From the NCBI GenBank assembly GCA_012961755.1, contig DTYS01000043.1, forward strand, positions 1 to 40,268: DNA of 40,268 nt, given 5' to 3'. This document shows, piece after piece, positions 32,450 through 40,268 of the stretch; the first letter of the stretch is position 1; the number at the start of each line of letters is the position of its first letter. The notes below the pieces were generated by a model, which had not been told where the DNA came from, did no database searches, and saw nothing but the letters and a program-made list of their open reading frames with translations. The DNA comes from Candidatus Latescibacterota bacterium. GTDB lineage: Bacteria; Latescibacterota; 4484-107; B68-G9. Position numbers and translations under genes: made by a program.

Positions 32450-33868
32450 ATGGAACTCTACGATACGGTGAGCCCGCTGGATTACAGGTACTACGGGGAC
32501 GATAGGGAATTCTTCGAGAGATTGCGTCCTTACGTCTCCGAGGGGGCAAATATAAGGTATATGCTCAAGGTCGAGGCCGCCCTCGTGAGGGAACTTGCGA
32601 GCAGGGGGATCTGCCCGGAAAAGGCCGCAGAGGAGGTCGAAATAGCCTGCTCCGAGATAACCCCCCAGGAGGTTTACGAGGAGGAGAGGAGAATCCAGCA
32701 CAACATCCGTGCCTTAGTCAACTGCATAAGGAGGAGGATAAGCCCGGAGTCCAGGCCCTACGTCCACCTCTTCGCGACATCCTGCGATATAATGGACACA
32801 GCCACGGCTTTGAGGTTCAAGGAGCTTACCGGAGATGTGCTTATTCCGGACCTGATAGGCTTGGAGGAGCTTCTCATAGGGATGGCTAAGGAGACGGCCG
32901 ACGTCCCCCAGATAGGCAGGACCCACGGACAGCACGCGGAGCCCATAACCTTCGGCTTTGCCCTCGCACTCTATATCGACAGGCTCGGGGGCAGGATAGA
33001 GAGGATGGAGGAGGCCAGGCGCAACCTCAGGGGGAAGTTCTCGGGGGCGGTCGGGGCGTACAACGCCCTCTCACTTCTGGACGGGGTCGACCCTTCCGAG
33101 TTCGAGAGGAGCCTCCTCGGTAGGCTCGGCCTGAAGCCCTCAGGAGTATCCTCCCAGATAGTGGAGCCCGAGTACCTCACGGACCTCGTATATTCCGCTG
33201 TATCCTGCTTCTCCGTCCTCGCCAACCTTGCTGACGACATGAGACACCTCATGAGGACCGAGATAGCGGAGGTGAGGGACAGGAGGGGGGAGGAGAGGGT
33301 CGGCTCCTCCACGATGCCCCACAAGGTAAACCCAAAGGACTTCGAGAACGTTAAGAGCATGTGGAAGGCGTTCATGCCGAGGATCGTGACGGTCCTCATG
33401 GACCAGATATCAGAACACCAGAGGGACCTGACGAATTCCGCCTCCGGAAGGTTCGTGACGGAGATCTTCACGGCTTTGGACTACGCTGTACATCGCACTA
33501 CGAGGACCCTTCAGAATATCGAGGTGGATAGGGAGAGGGTGAGGGAGAACTTGGAGATGAGCAAGGGCTTCATAGTTGCGGAGCCCCTATATATACTCCT
33601 TGCGCTCGATGGGTACCCCGATGCATACGACCGTGTCAAGAAACTAGTGGCGGAAGCGAGGAGGTCGGGCAGGCCCCTTCCGGAAGTTGTCCGGGAAGAT
33701 GAAGAGATAAGGCCGTTCTTTGAAGGAATTTCCGAGGAGAAGAGGAAGGTCTTACGGGACCCCTCCTTCTATACCGGGGAAGCCCGCCGGAGGACCTTGG
33801 AGACTTGCGAGTACTGGGAAGGCAGATGTAAGGTTTTGAAGGAGGTGGGACATGCGCACCATAACTGA
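32450..33868 (+). CDS. purB: Adenylosuccinate lyase
   Basis: The ATG at 32450 follows a purine-rich SD. Motifs 'SPLDYRYYG', 'TSCDIMDTA', 'GRTHGQHAEPITFG' and the fumarate-lyase signature 'GSSTMPHKVNPKDFEN'. Confidence 0.9.
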   Translation: MELYDTVSPLDYRYYGDDREFFERLRPYVSEGANIRYMLKVEAALVRELASRGICPEKAAEEVEIACSEITPQEVYEEERRIQHNIRALVNCIRRRISPESRPYVHLFATSCDIMDTATALRFKELTGDVLIPDLIGLEELLIGMAKETADVPQIGRTHGQHAEPITFGFALALYIDRLGGRIERMEEARRNLRGKFSGAVGAYNALSLLDGVDPSEFERSLLGRLGLKPSGVSSQIVEPEYLTDLVYSAVSCFSVLANLADDMRHLMRTEIAEVRDRRGEERVGSSTMPHKVNPKDFENVKSMWKAFMPRIVTVLMDQISEHQRDLTNSASGRFVTEIFTALDYAVHRTTRTLQNIEVDRERVRENLEMSKGFIVAEPLYILLALDGYPDAYDRVKKLVAEARRSGRPLPEVVREDEEIRPFFEGISEEKRKVLRDPSFYTGEARRRTLETCEYWEGRCKVLKEVGHAHHN

Positions 33869-35234
33869 ACCTTCCCGTGAGGTACCCGTCCTGGCCGAGG
33901 CCGATGTAGTGGTATGCGGTGGGGGTCCAGGAGGGTTCCCGGCGGCCGTAGCAGCAGCCCGACATGGAGCCAACACGATACTCATAGAGCGCTACGGCTT
34001 CATGGGGGGACTCGCCACTGCGGGGTTGGTGGCGCCCATCTTGGGCCATACCGCCTACGAGAGCGATACTCCGATAGTTGAAGGGATACTGAAGGAAGTC
34101 ACCGAGCGTATGCACGCGCTCGGCTGCGCCCCCTCGTGGGAGGAGAGCCTTAGGGAATGGGGGATCCGCTTCGATGCCGAGGCCCTGAAGGTGGTTATAG
34201 ATGAGATGTGCCGGGAGGCCGGCGTAGAAGTTCTGCTGCATACGTTGGTCGTGGATGTGGTCAAGGAAGGGGATTCCATAGCGGCTGTGGTGGTGGAGAA
34301 TAAGTCGGGCCGGCAGGCAGTCGTGGGCAAGGTCTTCGTGGACGCGACCGGGGACGCTGATGTGGCATACAGGTCCGGAGCGCCCACGACCCACGGCCGG
34401 GCGTTCGATTCCCGGAACCAGGCTATGGGCTCCTTCTTCCACCTGGCCGGGTTTGGGTGCTATGATACGAAGCGGGTCAAGGAGTTACATAAGCTCATCA
34501 GGGACAAGCTTGAGGAGGGAGGGTTCCGCTTCTACAACGAGGGCTTCCTCAACCGAAACGCCTACCATACGGACCACACGTCGGCCAACATGACCAGGGC
34601 GGGCGGTGACCCCACATCGGTACGGGATTTGACGAGGGCCGAGATGGAGGTCCGAAGGGAGGTCTGGAAGCTCGTTCGCTACCTAAGGGCGGGAGTTCCG
34701 GGCTTCGAGGACTGCTACGTTCAGCAGACCTCCTTTCAGGTAGGACCCCGTGAGAGCCGTCAAGTGGTTGGGCCCTACGCCCTGACTGGGGACGACATAC
34801 GCAAGGGGGCCAAGTTCGAGGACGCGATAGCGAGGGGCTCGTGGTGGATAGATATACACTGTCCCTTGGGGAAGACATATCCGGTCCACTTGTGTACGGC
34901 CGAATGCCCGGAGGAGAATAAATGCCCCTACTGGGTCTTCCAGCATGAGAGGATGCTTTCGAGGGAGGAACTTTTCCCGCCGAGGGGGGACTGGTACGAA
35001 GTGCCCTATAGGTGCCTCCTATCCGTGGCCGTACCTAACCTCCTTGCCTCGGGTCGATGCATATCCGCAACTCACGAGGGCATGGCGGGGGCAAGGGTCA
35101 TGGGAACCTGCATGGCCGTGGGCCAGGCAGCGGGCACCGCGGCGGCCCTGGCCGTTGCTGAAGGGACGCGACCTGGTTACGTGGACGTATCCCGGCTCAG
35201 AGAGGTACTGCGGGAGGACGGCCAGCTGGTGTGA
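33852..35234 (+). CDS. FAD-dependent oxidoreductase (PF12831-like)
   Basis: Dinucleotide fold 'DVVVCGGGPGGFPAAVAAARHGANTILIERYGFMGGLATAG', 'VDATGDADVA' and C-terminal 'GRCISATHEGMAGARVMGTCMAVGQAAG'. It overlaps the purB 3' end by 17 nt. Confidence 0.8.
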   Translation: MRTITEPSREVPVLAEADVVVCGGGPGGFPAAVAAARHGANTILIERYGFMGGLATAGLVAPILGHTAYESDTPIVEGILKEVTERMHALGCAPSWEESLREWGIRFDAEALKVVIDEMCREAGVEVLLHTLVVDVVKEGDSIAAVVVENKSGRQAVVGKVFVDATGDADVAYRSGAPTTHGRAFDSRNQAMGSFFHLAGFGCYDTKRVKELHKLIRDKLEEGGFRFYNEGFLNRNAYHTDHTSANMTRAGGDPTSVRDLTRAEMEVRREVWKLVRYLRAGVPGFEDCYVQQTSFQVGPRESRQVVGPYALTGDDIRKGAKFEDAIARGSWWIDIHCPLGKTYPVHLCTAECPEENKCPYWVFQHERMLSREELFPPRGDWYEVPYRCLLSVAVPNLLASGRCISATHEGMAGARVMGTCMAVGQAAGTAAALAVAEGTRPGYVDVSRLREVLREDGQLV

Positions 35235-35298
35235 ATCTGCTCTTGCCACGAGGCCTTTAAAGTATTATCTTTATCAACGATCACCTTCGGAGAGATAT

Positions 35299-36366
35299 AT
35301 GGTCGAGCCCATAAGGTGGGAGGACGGGAAGGTTATAATCCTCGACCAGACCGAGCTTCCTACTGACCTCGTCTACAGGACGTGCGAGGACGTTGAGTGC
35401 TTAGCGGAAGCCTTATCCTCGCTGAGGATAAGGGGAGCACCGCTTATAGGCATAGCCGCGGCGTACGGCATGGTCCTGGGGGTGTGGGGAGCGGGGGACG
35501 AAGGGAAGCTCTGGGATGAACTTGAGCGCGCATCGAAGAGGATAAGGTCCACGAGGCCCACCGCGGTCAACCTCTTCTGGGCGTTGGAGAGGATGAAGAG
35601 GGTCGCCGAGGAGCATAGAGGGGAAGGGGCCGAGACTATAAAGGAGGTCCTGCTTAAGGAGGCTGAGGAGATACATGCGGAGGACAGGCGAAGGTGCAGG
35701 GCCATAGGGGAGAACGGAGCGGGTTTGCTTCCTGAGGAGGCCTCCGTGCTCACCCACTGCAACGCGGGTGCCTTGGCCACCGGGGGGATAGGGACCGCTT
35801 TGGCCGTGCTCTACGTTGCTAAGGAGAGGGGGAAGGAGGTCAGGGCCTTCGTGGACGAGACCAGACCCCTGCTCCAGGGTGCGAGGCTCACGGCCTGGGA
35901 ACTTCGGCAGGCAGGGATAGATGTGACCCTCATATGCGACGGCATGGCCGGCTGGGTCATGGGCAGGGGATGGGTGGATGCTGTAGTGGTCGGGGCCGAC
36001 AGGATAGCTTCGAACGGCGACTTCGCGAACAAGATAGGGACCTACAGCCTCGCAGTGTTAGCCAAGCACCATGGGGTCCCGTTCTACGTTGCAGCACCGC
36101 TTTCCACTTGGGACTTCTCCATATCCGACGGGACCGAGATACCCATAGAGGAGAGGAGGCCCGAGGAGGTCACGGAGGGCTTCGGGAGGAGGACCGCCCC
36201 CGAGGGGGTGGACGCATACAACCCCGCTTTCGACGTCACCCCCGCGGAGCTCGTCACGGCCTTCATATCGGAGAGGGGGGTGGCGTTCCCTCCTTTCGAG
36301 GAGGAGTTCAGAAGGTGGAGGAACGGCGAAGACTTTCTCGCAATGGTCAGCTTAACAAGGAGGTAG
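35299..36366 (+). CDS. mtnA: S-methyl-5-thioribose-1-phosphate isomerase (eIF-2B alpha/beta/delta family)
   Basis: The ATG at 35299 gives 'MVEPIRWEDGKVIILDQTELP'. Motifs 'IRGAPLIGIAAAYG', 'TRPTAVNLFWAL', 'LTHCNAGALAT' and 'VVGADRIASNGDFANKIGTY'. The ORF-track extension to 34945 overlaps the upstream gene. Confidence 0.85.
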   Translation: MVEPIRWEDGKVIILDQTELPTDLVYRTCEDVECLAEALSSLRIRGAPLIGIAAAYGMVLGVWGAGDEGKLWDELERASKRIRSTRPTAVNLFWALERMKRVAEEHRGEGAETIKEVLLKEAEEIHAEDRRRCRAIGENGAGLLPEEASVLTHCNAGALATGGIGTALAVLYVAKERGKEVRAFVDETRPLLQGARLTAWELRQAGIDVTLICDGMAGWVMGRGWVDAVVVGADRIASNGDFANKIGTYSLAVLAKHHGVPFYVAAPLSTWDFSISDGTEIPIEERRPEEVTEGFGRRTAPEGVDAYNPAFDVTPAELVTAFISERGVAFPPFEEEFRRWRNGEDFLAMVSLTRR

Positions 36367-36368
36367 AT

Positions 36369-36884
36369 ATGGCCATAGCGGGGAAGAAGGTGCTAATGGT
36401 GGTGCCGCCGGAATTTCAGGACAAGGAGTACGAGAGGGTGAGGAGGCTGTTGGAAGCCCAGGGAGCAAAGGTAACCGTGGCATCCCTCTACCCCGGTCAG
36501 ATAAGGGGGGAGAAGGGGCTTATAGCAAAGGCGGACGTCGCGGTGTCCGATGTAAAGTATTACGATTACGACGGCCTAGTCTTCATAGGTGGGGAGGGGG
36601 CGAAGAAGTACTTTTACGACGACGAGAAGGTCCTCAAGCTCGCAAAGGACGCTAAGTACAAGCCGATGGGGGCCCTCTCCACCGCCGTCGGCATATTCGC
36701 ATACGCCGAGGTTCTGAAGAACAAGAGGACCACCGGAAGCAGGAACATAATAAGGATGGTAGAGGCCCTCGGAGCCAAGTACATCGGTGAGCCTGTCTGC
36801 GTGGACGACAAGCTGGTGACGGCCGTGGGGTCGGACGACGCCGAAGGGTTCGTGAACGCCTTCGCGGAAGCTCTGGCCAAGTGA
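36369..36884 (+). CDS. DJ-1/PfpI-fold protein lacking the nucleophile Cys
   Basis: The ATG at 36369 starts 'KKVLMVVPPEFQDKEYERVRRLLEAQGAKVTVAS' and 'YDGLVFIGGEGA', which align with PfpI/DJ-1. The nucleophile-elbow position reads 'PMGALSTAVGIF' instead of '..ICHGP..'. Confidence 0.75.
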   Translation: MAIAGKKVLMVVPPEFQDKEYERVRRLLEAQGAKVTVASLYPGQIRGEKGLIAKADVAVSDVKYYDYDGLVFIGGEGAKKYFYDDEKVLKLAKDAKYKPMGALSTAVGIFAYAEVLKNKRTTGSRNIIRMVEALGAKYIGEPVCVDDKLVTAVGSDDAEGFVNAFAEALAK

Positions 36885-36938
36885 AGCTGGGGCCCTGTTC
36901 CCTTTCGAGCGATCTTTTAAAATCTTTTTAAATTTTTC

Positions 36939-36967
36939 TTGACTTTTATAGATTTCCGGGATACATT
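36939..36967 (+). promoter_or_regulatory. Candidate sigma70-type promoter (TTGACT-17-TACATT) with an AT-rich UP-like element, for DUF362-CTD paralogue 2
   Basis: TTGACT (36939-36944), a 17-nt spacer and TACATT (36962-36967). It is preceded by CTTTTAAAATCTTTTTAAATTTTTC (36914-36938), the most AT-rich internal stretch of the window. RBS AAAAGGAGGG precedes the ATG at 36999. Confidence 0.5.
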
Positions 36968-36998
36968 ACAGTCGGACCGACCCCGAAAAGGAGGGAAG

Positions 36999-39116
36999 AT
37001 GGGACGTATTAAGTTCTGGTCCGTGCTGGGAGCGGTAGTTGGCCTCTTAACCTTGGACATGGTCACCACCGATAGGAGGGGATGGGATTACATCCCGCCC
37101 TCCCAGGCAGCCCCCGAAGGGCCGCCGGTCGTGGCTATAGCGACCACCGAGGACCTGGACCCTCCCGTGCCCGTAGATGCGTATCCTCTGACCTACGAGC
37201 AGGTGAGGGATGTTGTCTGGAGGGCCCTGGATCTGGACACCTCCGATAGGAACATAAGGAAGGTTATAGAGCCCGACGATTGGGTGGCGGTGAAGATAAA
37301 CATGGTCACGGCCCCCATAGTGGACGAGGATGGGAGGAAGAGGACGGGGTTCTGGAGGGACGGCGTGGAGCACTGGGGGGACTGCACCGACCTCAGGGTG
37401 GTGAAGGCTGTGCTGGAGTATCTCGTAGAGAACGTGGGTCCCAAGAAGATAGATATAGTGGAAGGCCCTGCCGAATGGTCAAGGAAGAAACGGAGGCACC
37501 TGGGGGCCGGGTACGGGAACTCCTACGATACGGACGGGTGGGAGGTCCATTGGAGGGAGTTCGGGAACCTCTCCCCCATCCAGATAGCCAAGGAACTGAA
37601 CGAGAAGTACGGGAGGACGATAGTCGACACCACGGACCTCAACGACGAGCCTTACAGGTTCGAGCCCGTGCCGGGAGGACCCCTCCAGAGGGTCAGCCCA
37701 CAGTGGAGGGACAGCAGGAGGTTCGGATGGGGGGTCCCCGTGCCCTTCACTGGGACCCCGAGGGAGGGGTACTATGTGCCCGTGACGGTCCTGGACGCGG
37801 ACAAGATGATCTCCGTAGCCGTCATGAAGACCAACTACGGCGGAGCCACCCTGGCCATGAAGAACTACGTAGGGACCCTGGCATCGAGGCCGTACGGGGA
37901 CGGTACCTCCAAGACCCAGATGGACAGCCACCAGTACGAGAGGGGGTTCGTGGACCTCTTCTCCTACAACCCAGCGGTCTACTCCATAATCGAAGGGTTC
38001 TGGGCCGATGAGGGCTCCTGGCCGGGCACCAGGTGGAACCTTCACAGGAACGTGGTGATAGCCAGTTCCGACCCTGTGGCGGCCGACGCGGTAGCCTTGG
38101 CCTCTATGGGAATAAACCCCAAGGACGTGGACCACCTTTACCTTGCAGCGTACAAGGGTTTCGGAACATTTGACTTAGATAGAATACGGACCGTCGGGCA
38201 TTCCTGGAGGGATGTACAACACAAGTTCCGCCGCCACAGCGGATTCAGAGGATTAGGATTTCAGAGGTGGCTCGTGGCGGGACCCTTCGAGGGCACGGAC
38301 CTCGACCACGACTACCTCGGAGGTGAGGCCACGGTCGTGCCCAGGGCCGGGGACCCCGCGGGGGAGGGGGGGACGTGGAGGGTGTGGGTCCATCCTCCCA
38401 CGTATCCTGAGGCGTACGTCGATTTAACATACTATGTGCACCAGGAGCCTTCGGGGAAGGAGTTCCCCGATATAGAGGTCAAGAAGGACTTAGGTAACAC
38501 CACACACTACGCCTTCGTCCTCATAGAGTCCAGGAGGGAACAGGACGGGTACCTCTGGGTGGACATGGACGATATGGGGAAGGTATGGCTCAACGGGGAG
38601 GAGGTCTTCCGCAAGGACTTCCCCACGGCTTACAGGGTGGGACAGTACAGGGTTCCGGTGCATCTGAGGGAGGGGGTCAACACCCTCCTGGTCAAGGTGG
38701 CGAACACTTACGGCGGAGCGGGCTTCTGCGCTTCCATAGTCGATGAGGATAGCGAGCGAGGGACCATGCTCTTCGACATAAGGGACTACCTGCCAGGAGA
38801 GGTCCCGGCGGTGGAGGAAGAGGCGGGGCCCCTCCCCGAAAGGCCGGAGCTCGTGGGCAACTTCCCCAATCCCTTCAACTCGTCCACTACCATAAGGGTG
38901 AGGGTCCCGAGGAGGGAGGAGGTGACCTTGGAGGTCCGTGATGTGCTCGGAAGGAAGGTGAGGTCCTTGGTGAGCACGGTGCTCCCCCCGGGGGAACACA
39001 CCTACACGTGGGACGGGAGGGATGATAAGGGCGTCCCAGTCGCGAGCGGGATGTACCTCTGCAACTTCAGGGCCGGGAGGTTCTCCCAGACGGGGAGGAT
39101 GGTGTTGGTCAGGTAA
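36999..39116 (+). CDS. Exported DUF362 domain protein with a beta-sandwich module and a T9SS/FlgD-Ig-type C-terminal sorting domain (paralogue 2)
   Basis: The N-terminus is hydrophobic ('FWSVLGAVVGLLTL'). It aligns end to end by eye with 10785..12821: 'VIEPDDWVAVKINMVT', 'TDLRVVKAVLEYLV', 'IDIVEGPAEW', 'VAVMKTNYGGATLAMKNYVGT', 'IASSDPVAADAVALASMGINP', 'KGFGTFDLDRI', 'KVWLNGEEV...GVNTLLVKVANTYGGAGF'. Confidence 0.8.
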   Translation: MGRIKFWSVLGAVVGLLTLDMVTTDRRGWDYIPPSQAAPEGPPVVAIATTEDLDPPVPVDAYPLTYEQVRDVVWRALDLDTSDRNIRKVIEPDDWVAVKINMVTAPIVDEDGRKRTGFWRDGVEHWGDCTDLRVVKAVLEYLVENVGPKKIDIVEGPAEWSRKKRRHLGAGYGNSYDTDGWEVHWREFGNLSPIQIAKELNEKYGRTIVDTTDLNDEPYRFEPVPGGPLQRVSPQWRDSRRFGWGVPVPFTGTPREGYYVPVTVLDADKMISVAVMKTNYGGATLAMKNYVGTLASRPYGDGTSKTQMDSHQYERGFVDLFSYNPAVYSIIEGFWADEGSWPGTRWNLHRNVVIASSDPVAADAVALASMGINPKDVDHLYLAAYKGFGTFDLDRIRTVGHSWRDVQHKFRRHSGFRGLGFQRWLVAGPFEGTDLDHDYLGGEATVVPRAGDPAGEGGTWRVWVHPPTYPEAYVDLTYYVHQEPSGKEFPDIEVKKDLGNTTHYAFVLIESRREQDGYLWVDMDDMGKVWLNGEEVFRKDFPTAYRVGQYRVPVHLREGVNTLLVKVANTYGGAGFCASIVDEDSERGTMLFDIRDYLPGEVPAVEEEAGPLPERPELVGNFPNPFNSSTTIRVRVPRREEVTLEVRDVLGRKVRSLVSTVLPPGEHTYTWDGRDDKGVPVASGMYLCNFRAGRFSQTGRMVLVR
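38850..39113 (+). other. T9SS type-A / FlgD-Ig-like C-terminal sorting domain of paralogue 2
   Basis: 'FPNPFNSSTTIRVRVPRREEVTLEVRDVLGRKVRSLVS...GEHTYTWDGRDDKGVPVASGMYLCNFRAG...RMVLVR'. Confidence 0.7.
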
Positions 39117-40147
39117 TGGAGCTGTGGTACACGATACTCCATAGACTCTGGCTCGTATACGATTACCTGCGGGAAGCCCTCTACGGGACCCACACCTACA
39201 GGATAATCTCCATATTTTGGTCCCTCCTCTCCGGACTTTGGTACTATGCTGTCTTCGGGGCCTTGGTCGCGGCCCTGGCCTCCCGCTTCCTACCCAGGGA
39301 GAAGCTCAGGGAGCTCCTGAGGGCGAAGAAGGGCTGGTCACTTTTAGGGGCCACGCTCGTGGGACTGGCCTCCCCCCTCAGCACGTACGCCGCGATACCG
39401 TTGGTGGGAAGCCTCATGCTGATGGGCGTTCCAGCACCTCCGCTCCTGGCGTTCCTGGTCGCCTCCCCCCTTATGAACCCCTCCCTCTTCGTGATAACTT
39501 GGGGAGTTATGGGGCCTGAGATGGCCCTGGCCAGGGTAGCTTCCGCCTTCATATTGGGTATGGCCGCCGGCGGGATAGCGGAGGTCCTCTCGAGGAAGGG
39601 GGTGGAGTTCGACAGGTACGTCAAGGTGGGGGAGGTGGATGGGAGGGCCTCGGGGTTCCTCAGGGAGTTCGGAAGGTCGCTCTCCTACGTCGGAAGATAT
39701 TTCGTGCTTTCGATCCTGATAGCCGCCTCGGTCCAGGCCCTCGTCCCGCCGAGGTGGATAACCCTGCTCTTCGGAGGGAGGGGGTTCAGGGCAGCCATAA
39801 TGGGGGGGATGTTGGGAATCCCCCTCTATTCCTGCGGTGGGGGGACGGTGCCCGTCATAGCTGCCCTCGTGAGCATGGGGATGGGGCAAGGGGCGGCCTT
39901 GGCCTTCTTCCTAACGGGGCCGGCCACGAAGCCTGCCACGATCCTGAGCCTTCAGGCCGTGGCGAGGGGGAGGATGTTGGCGCTATACCTGACGGTAACC
40001 TTGATAGGCGGGGTCCTCTTGGGCTACGCGTACTCCTTGTTCGCACCGGAGCTTCGCTTGGACGACCTCTACTACGGACAGGTGGAGCCGAGGGAGGACA
40101 CCCTCTTCACAAAGCCGGGTCCGGGAGGGCCGGGGAGGATATGGTGA
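39116..40147 (+). CDS. UPF0718/DUF318 (ArsP-like) family permease
   Basis: A polytopic membrane protein with the family-typical '[43 protein letters not shown]'. Its ATG shares one base with the upstream TAA (TAATG). Confidence 0.8.
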   Translation: MELWYTILHRLWLVYDYLREALYGTHTYRIISIFWSLLSGLWYYAVFGALVAALASRFLPREKLRELLRAKKGWSLLGATLVGLASPLSTYAAIPLVGSLMLMGVPAPPLLAFLVASPLMNPSLFVITWGVMGPEMALARVASAFILGMAAGGIAEVLSRKGVEFDRYVKVGEVDGRASGFLREFGRSLSYVGRYFVLSILIAASVQALVPPRWITLLFGGRGFRAAIMGGMLGIPLYSCGGGTVPVIAALVSMGMGQGAALAFFLTGPATKPATILSLQAVARGRMLALYLTVTLIGGVLLGYAYSLFAPELRLDDLYYGQVEPREDTLFTKPGPGGPGRIW

Positions 40148-40148
40148 T

Positions 40149-40268
40149 ATGAGCATAAACGGGATCGTAGACCTGCGAAGCGACACCGTGACGCATCCCA
40201 CCGAGAGGATGAGGGAGGCCATGTACAAGGCCGAGGTGGGGGACGACGTTTTGGGGGAGGACCCTACA
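40149..40268 (+). CDS. ltaE: Low-specificity L-threonine aldolase, N-terminal 40 codons (runs off the window)
   Basis: '[34 protein letters not shown]' matches the conserved N-terminus of the threonine aldolase / beta-eliminating lyase family. Confidence 0.8.
   Translation, partial: MSINGIVDLRSDTVTHPTERMREAMYKAEVGDDVLGEDPT

Noticed and set aside
1-40268. I looked for CRISPR arrays, tRNA/rRNA genes, IS elements, integrases, toxin-antitoxin pairs and defence-system ATPases or nucleases.
   Set aside because: No spaced direct repeats were seen. No intergenic gap longer than ~310 nt exists. No transposase, integrase or restriction-like motifs appear in any confident ORF. PhoH sits in its standard phoH, 7TM-HD, ybeY housekeeping context.

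Overview
This is a GC-rich 40.3-kb window (roughly 60% GC by eye, not computed) that is almost entirely coding, with about 37 genes in four co-directional blocks. Many gene junctions overlap (ATGA, TTGA, TAATG). Arg is mostly AGG/AGA and Ile is often ATA despite the high GC. The window also encodes an LptF/G permease, RlpA, MurD, lipoproteins and T9SS-type C-terminal sorting domains. Together these suggest an uncultured thermophilic diderm bacterium, which is inference only.

Most of the content is housekeeping:
- A 5'-truncated groEL, then rlpA and pyrD.
- A minus-strand array: flavin reductase, thrB, murD, rtcA, nth, a frameshifted Zn-ADH, murQ and kamA.
- A phoH, pgpH-like, ybeY, purS-purS-purL fusion and lptF/G array.
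- purB, mtnA and the start of ltaE.

I found no rRNA, tRNA, CRISPR array, transposase, integrase or recognisable defence genes.

The candidates for something undescribed are:
1. Two paralogous exported proteins that fuse a DUF362 domain to a beta-sandwich module and a T9SS/FlgD-Ig-type C-terminal domain. Each has its own near-consensus promoter. One is followed by a DUF4140/DUF4139 exported protein, and the other is translationally coupled to a UPF0718-type permease.
2. A UxuB-like SDR, LarA-family (nickel-pincer) enzyme and FGGY kinase cassette. This suggests a nickel-dependent hexonate epimerase route.
3. A 65-aa coiled-coil lipoprotein ending in Lys (Braun-lipoprotein-like) next to a coiled-coil protein with two LysM domains.

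All functional calls rest on motifs read by eye. No database search was run.
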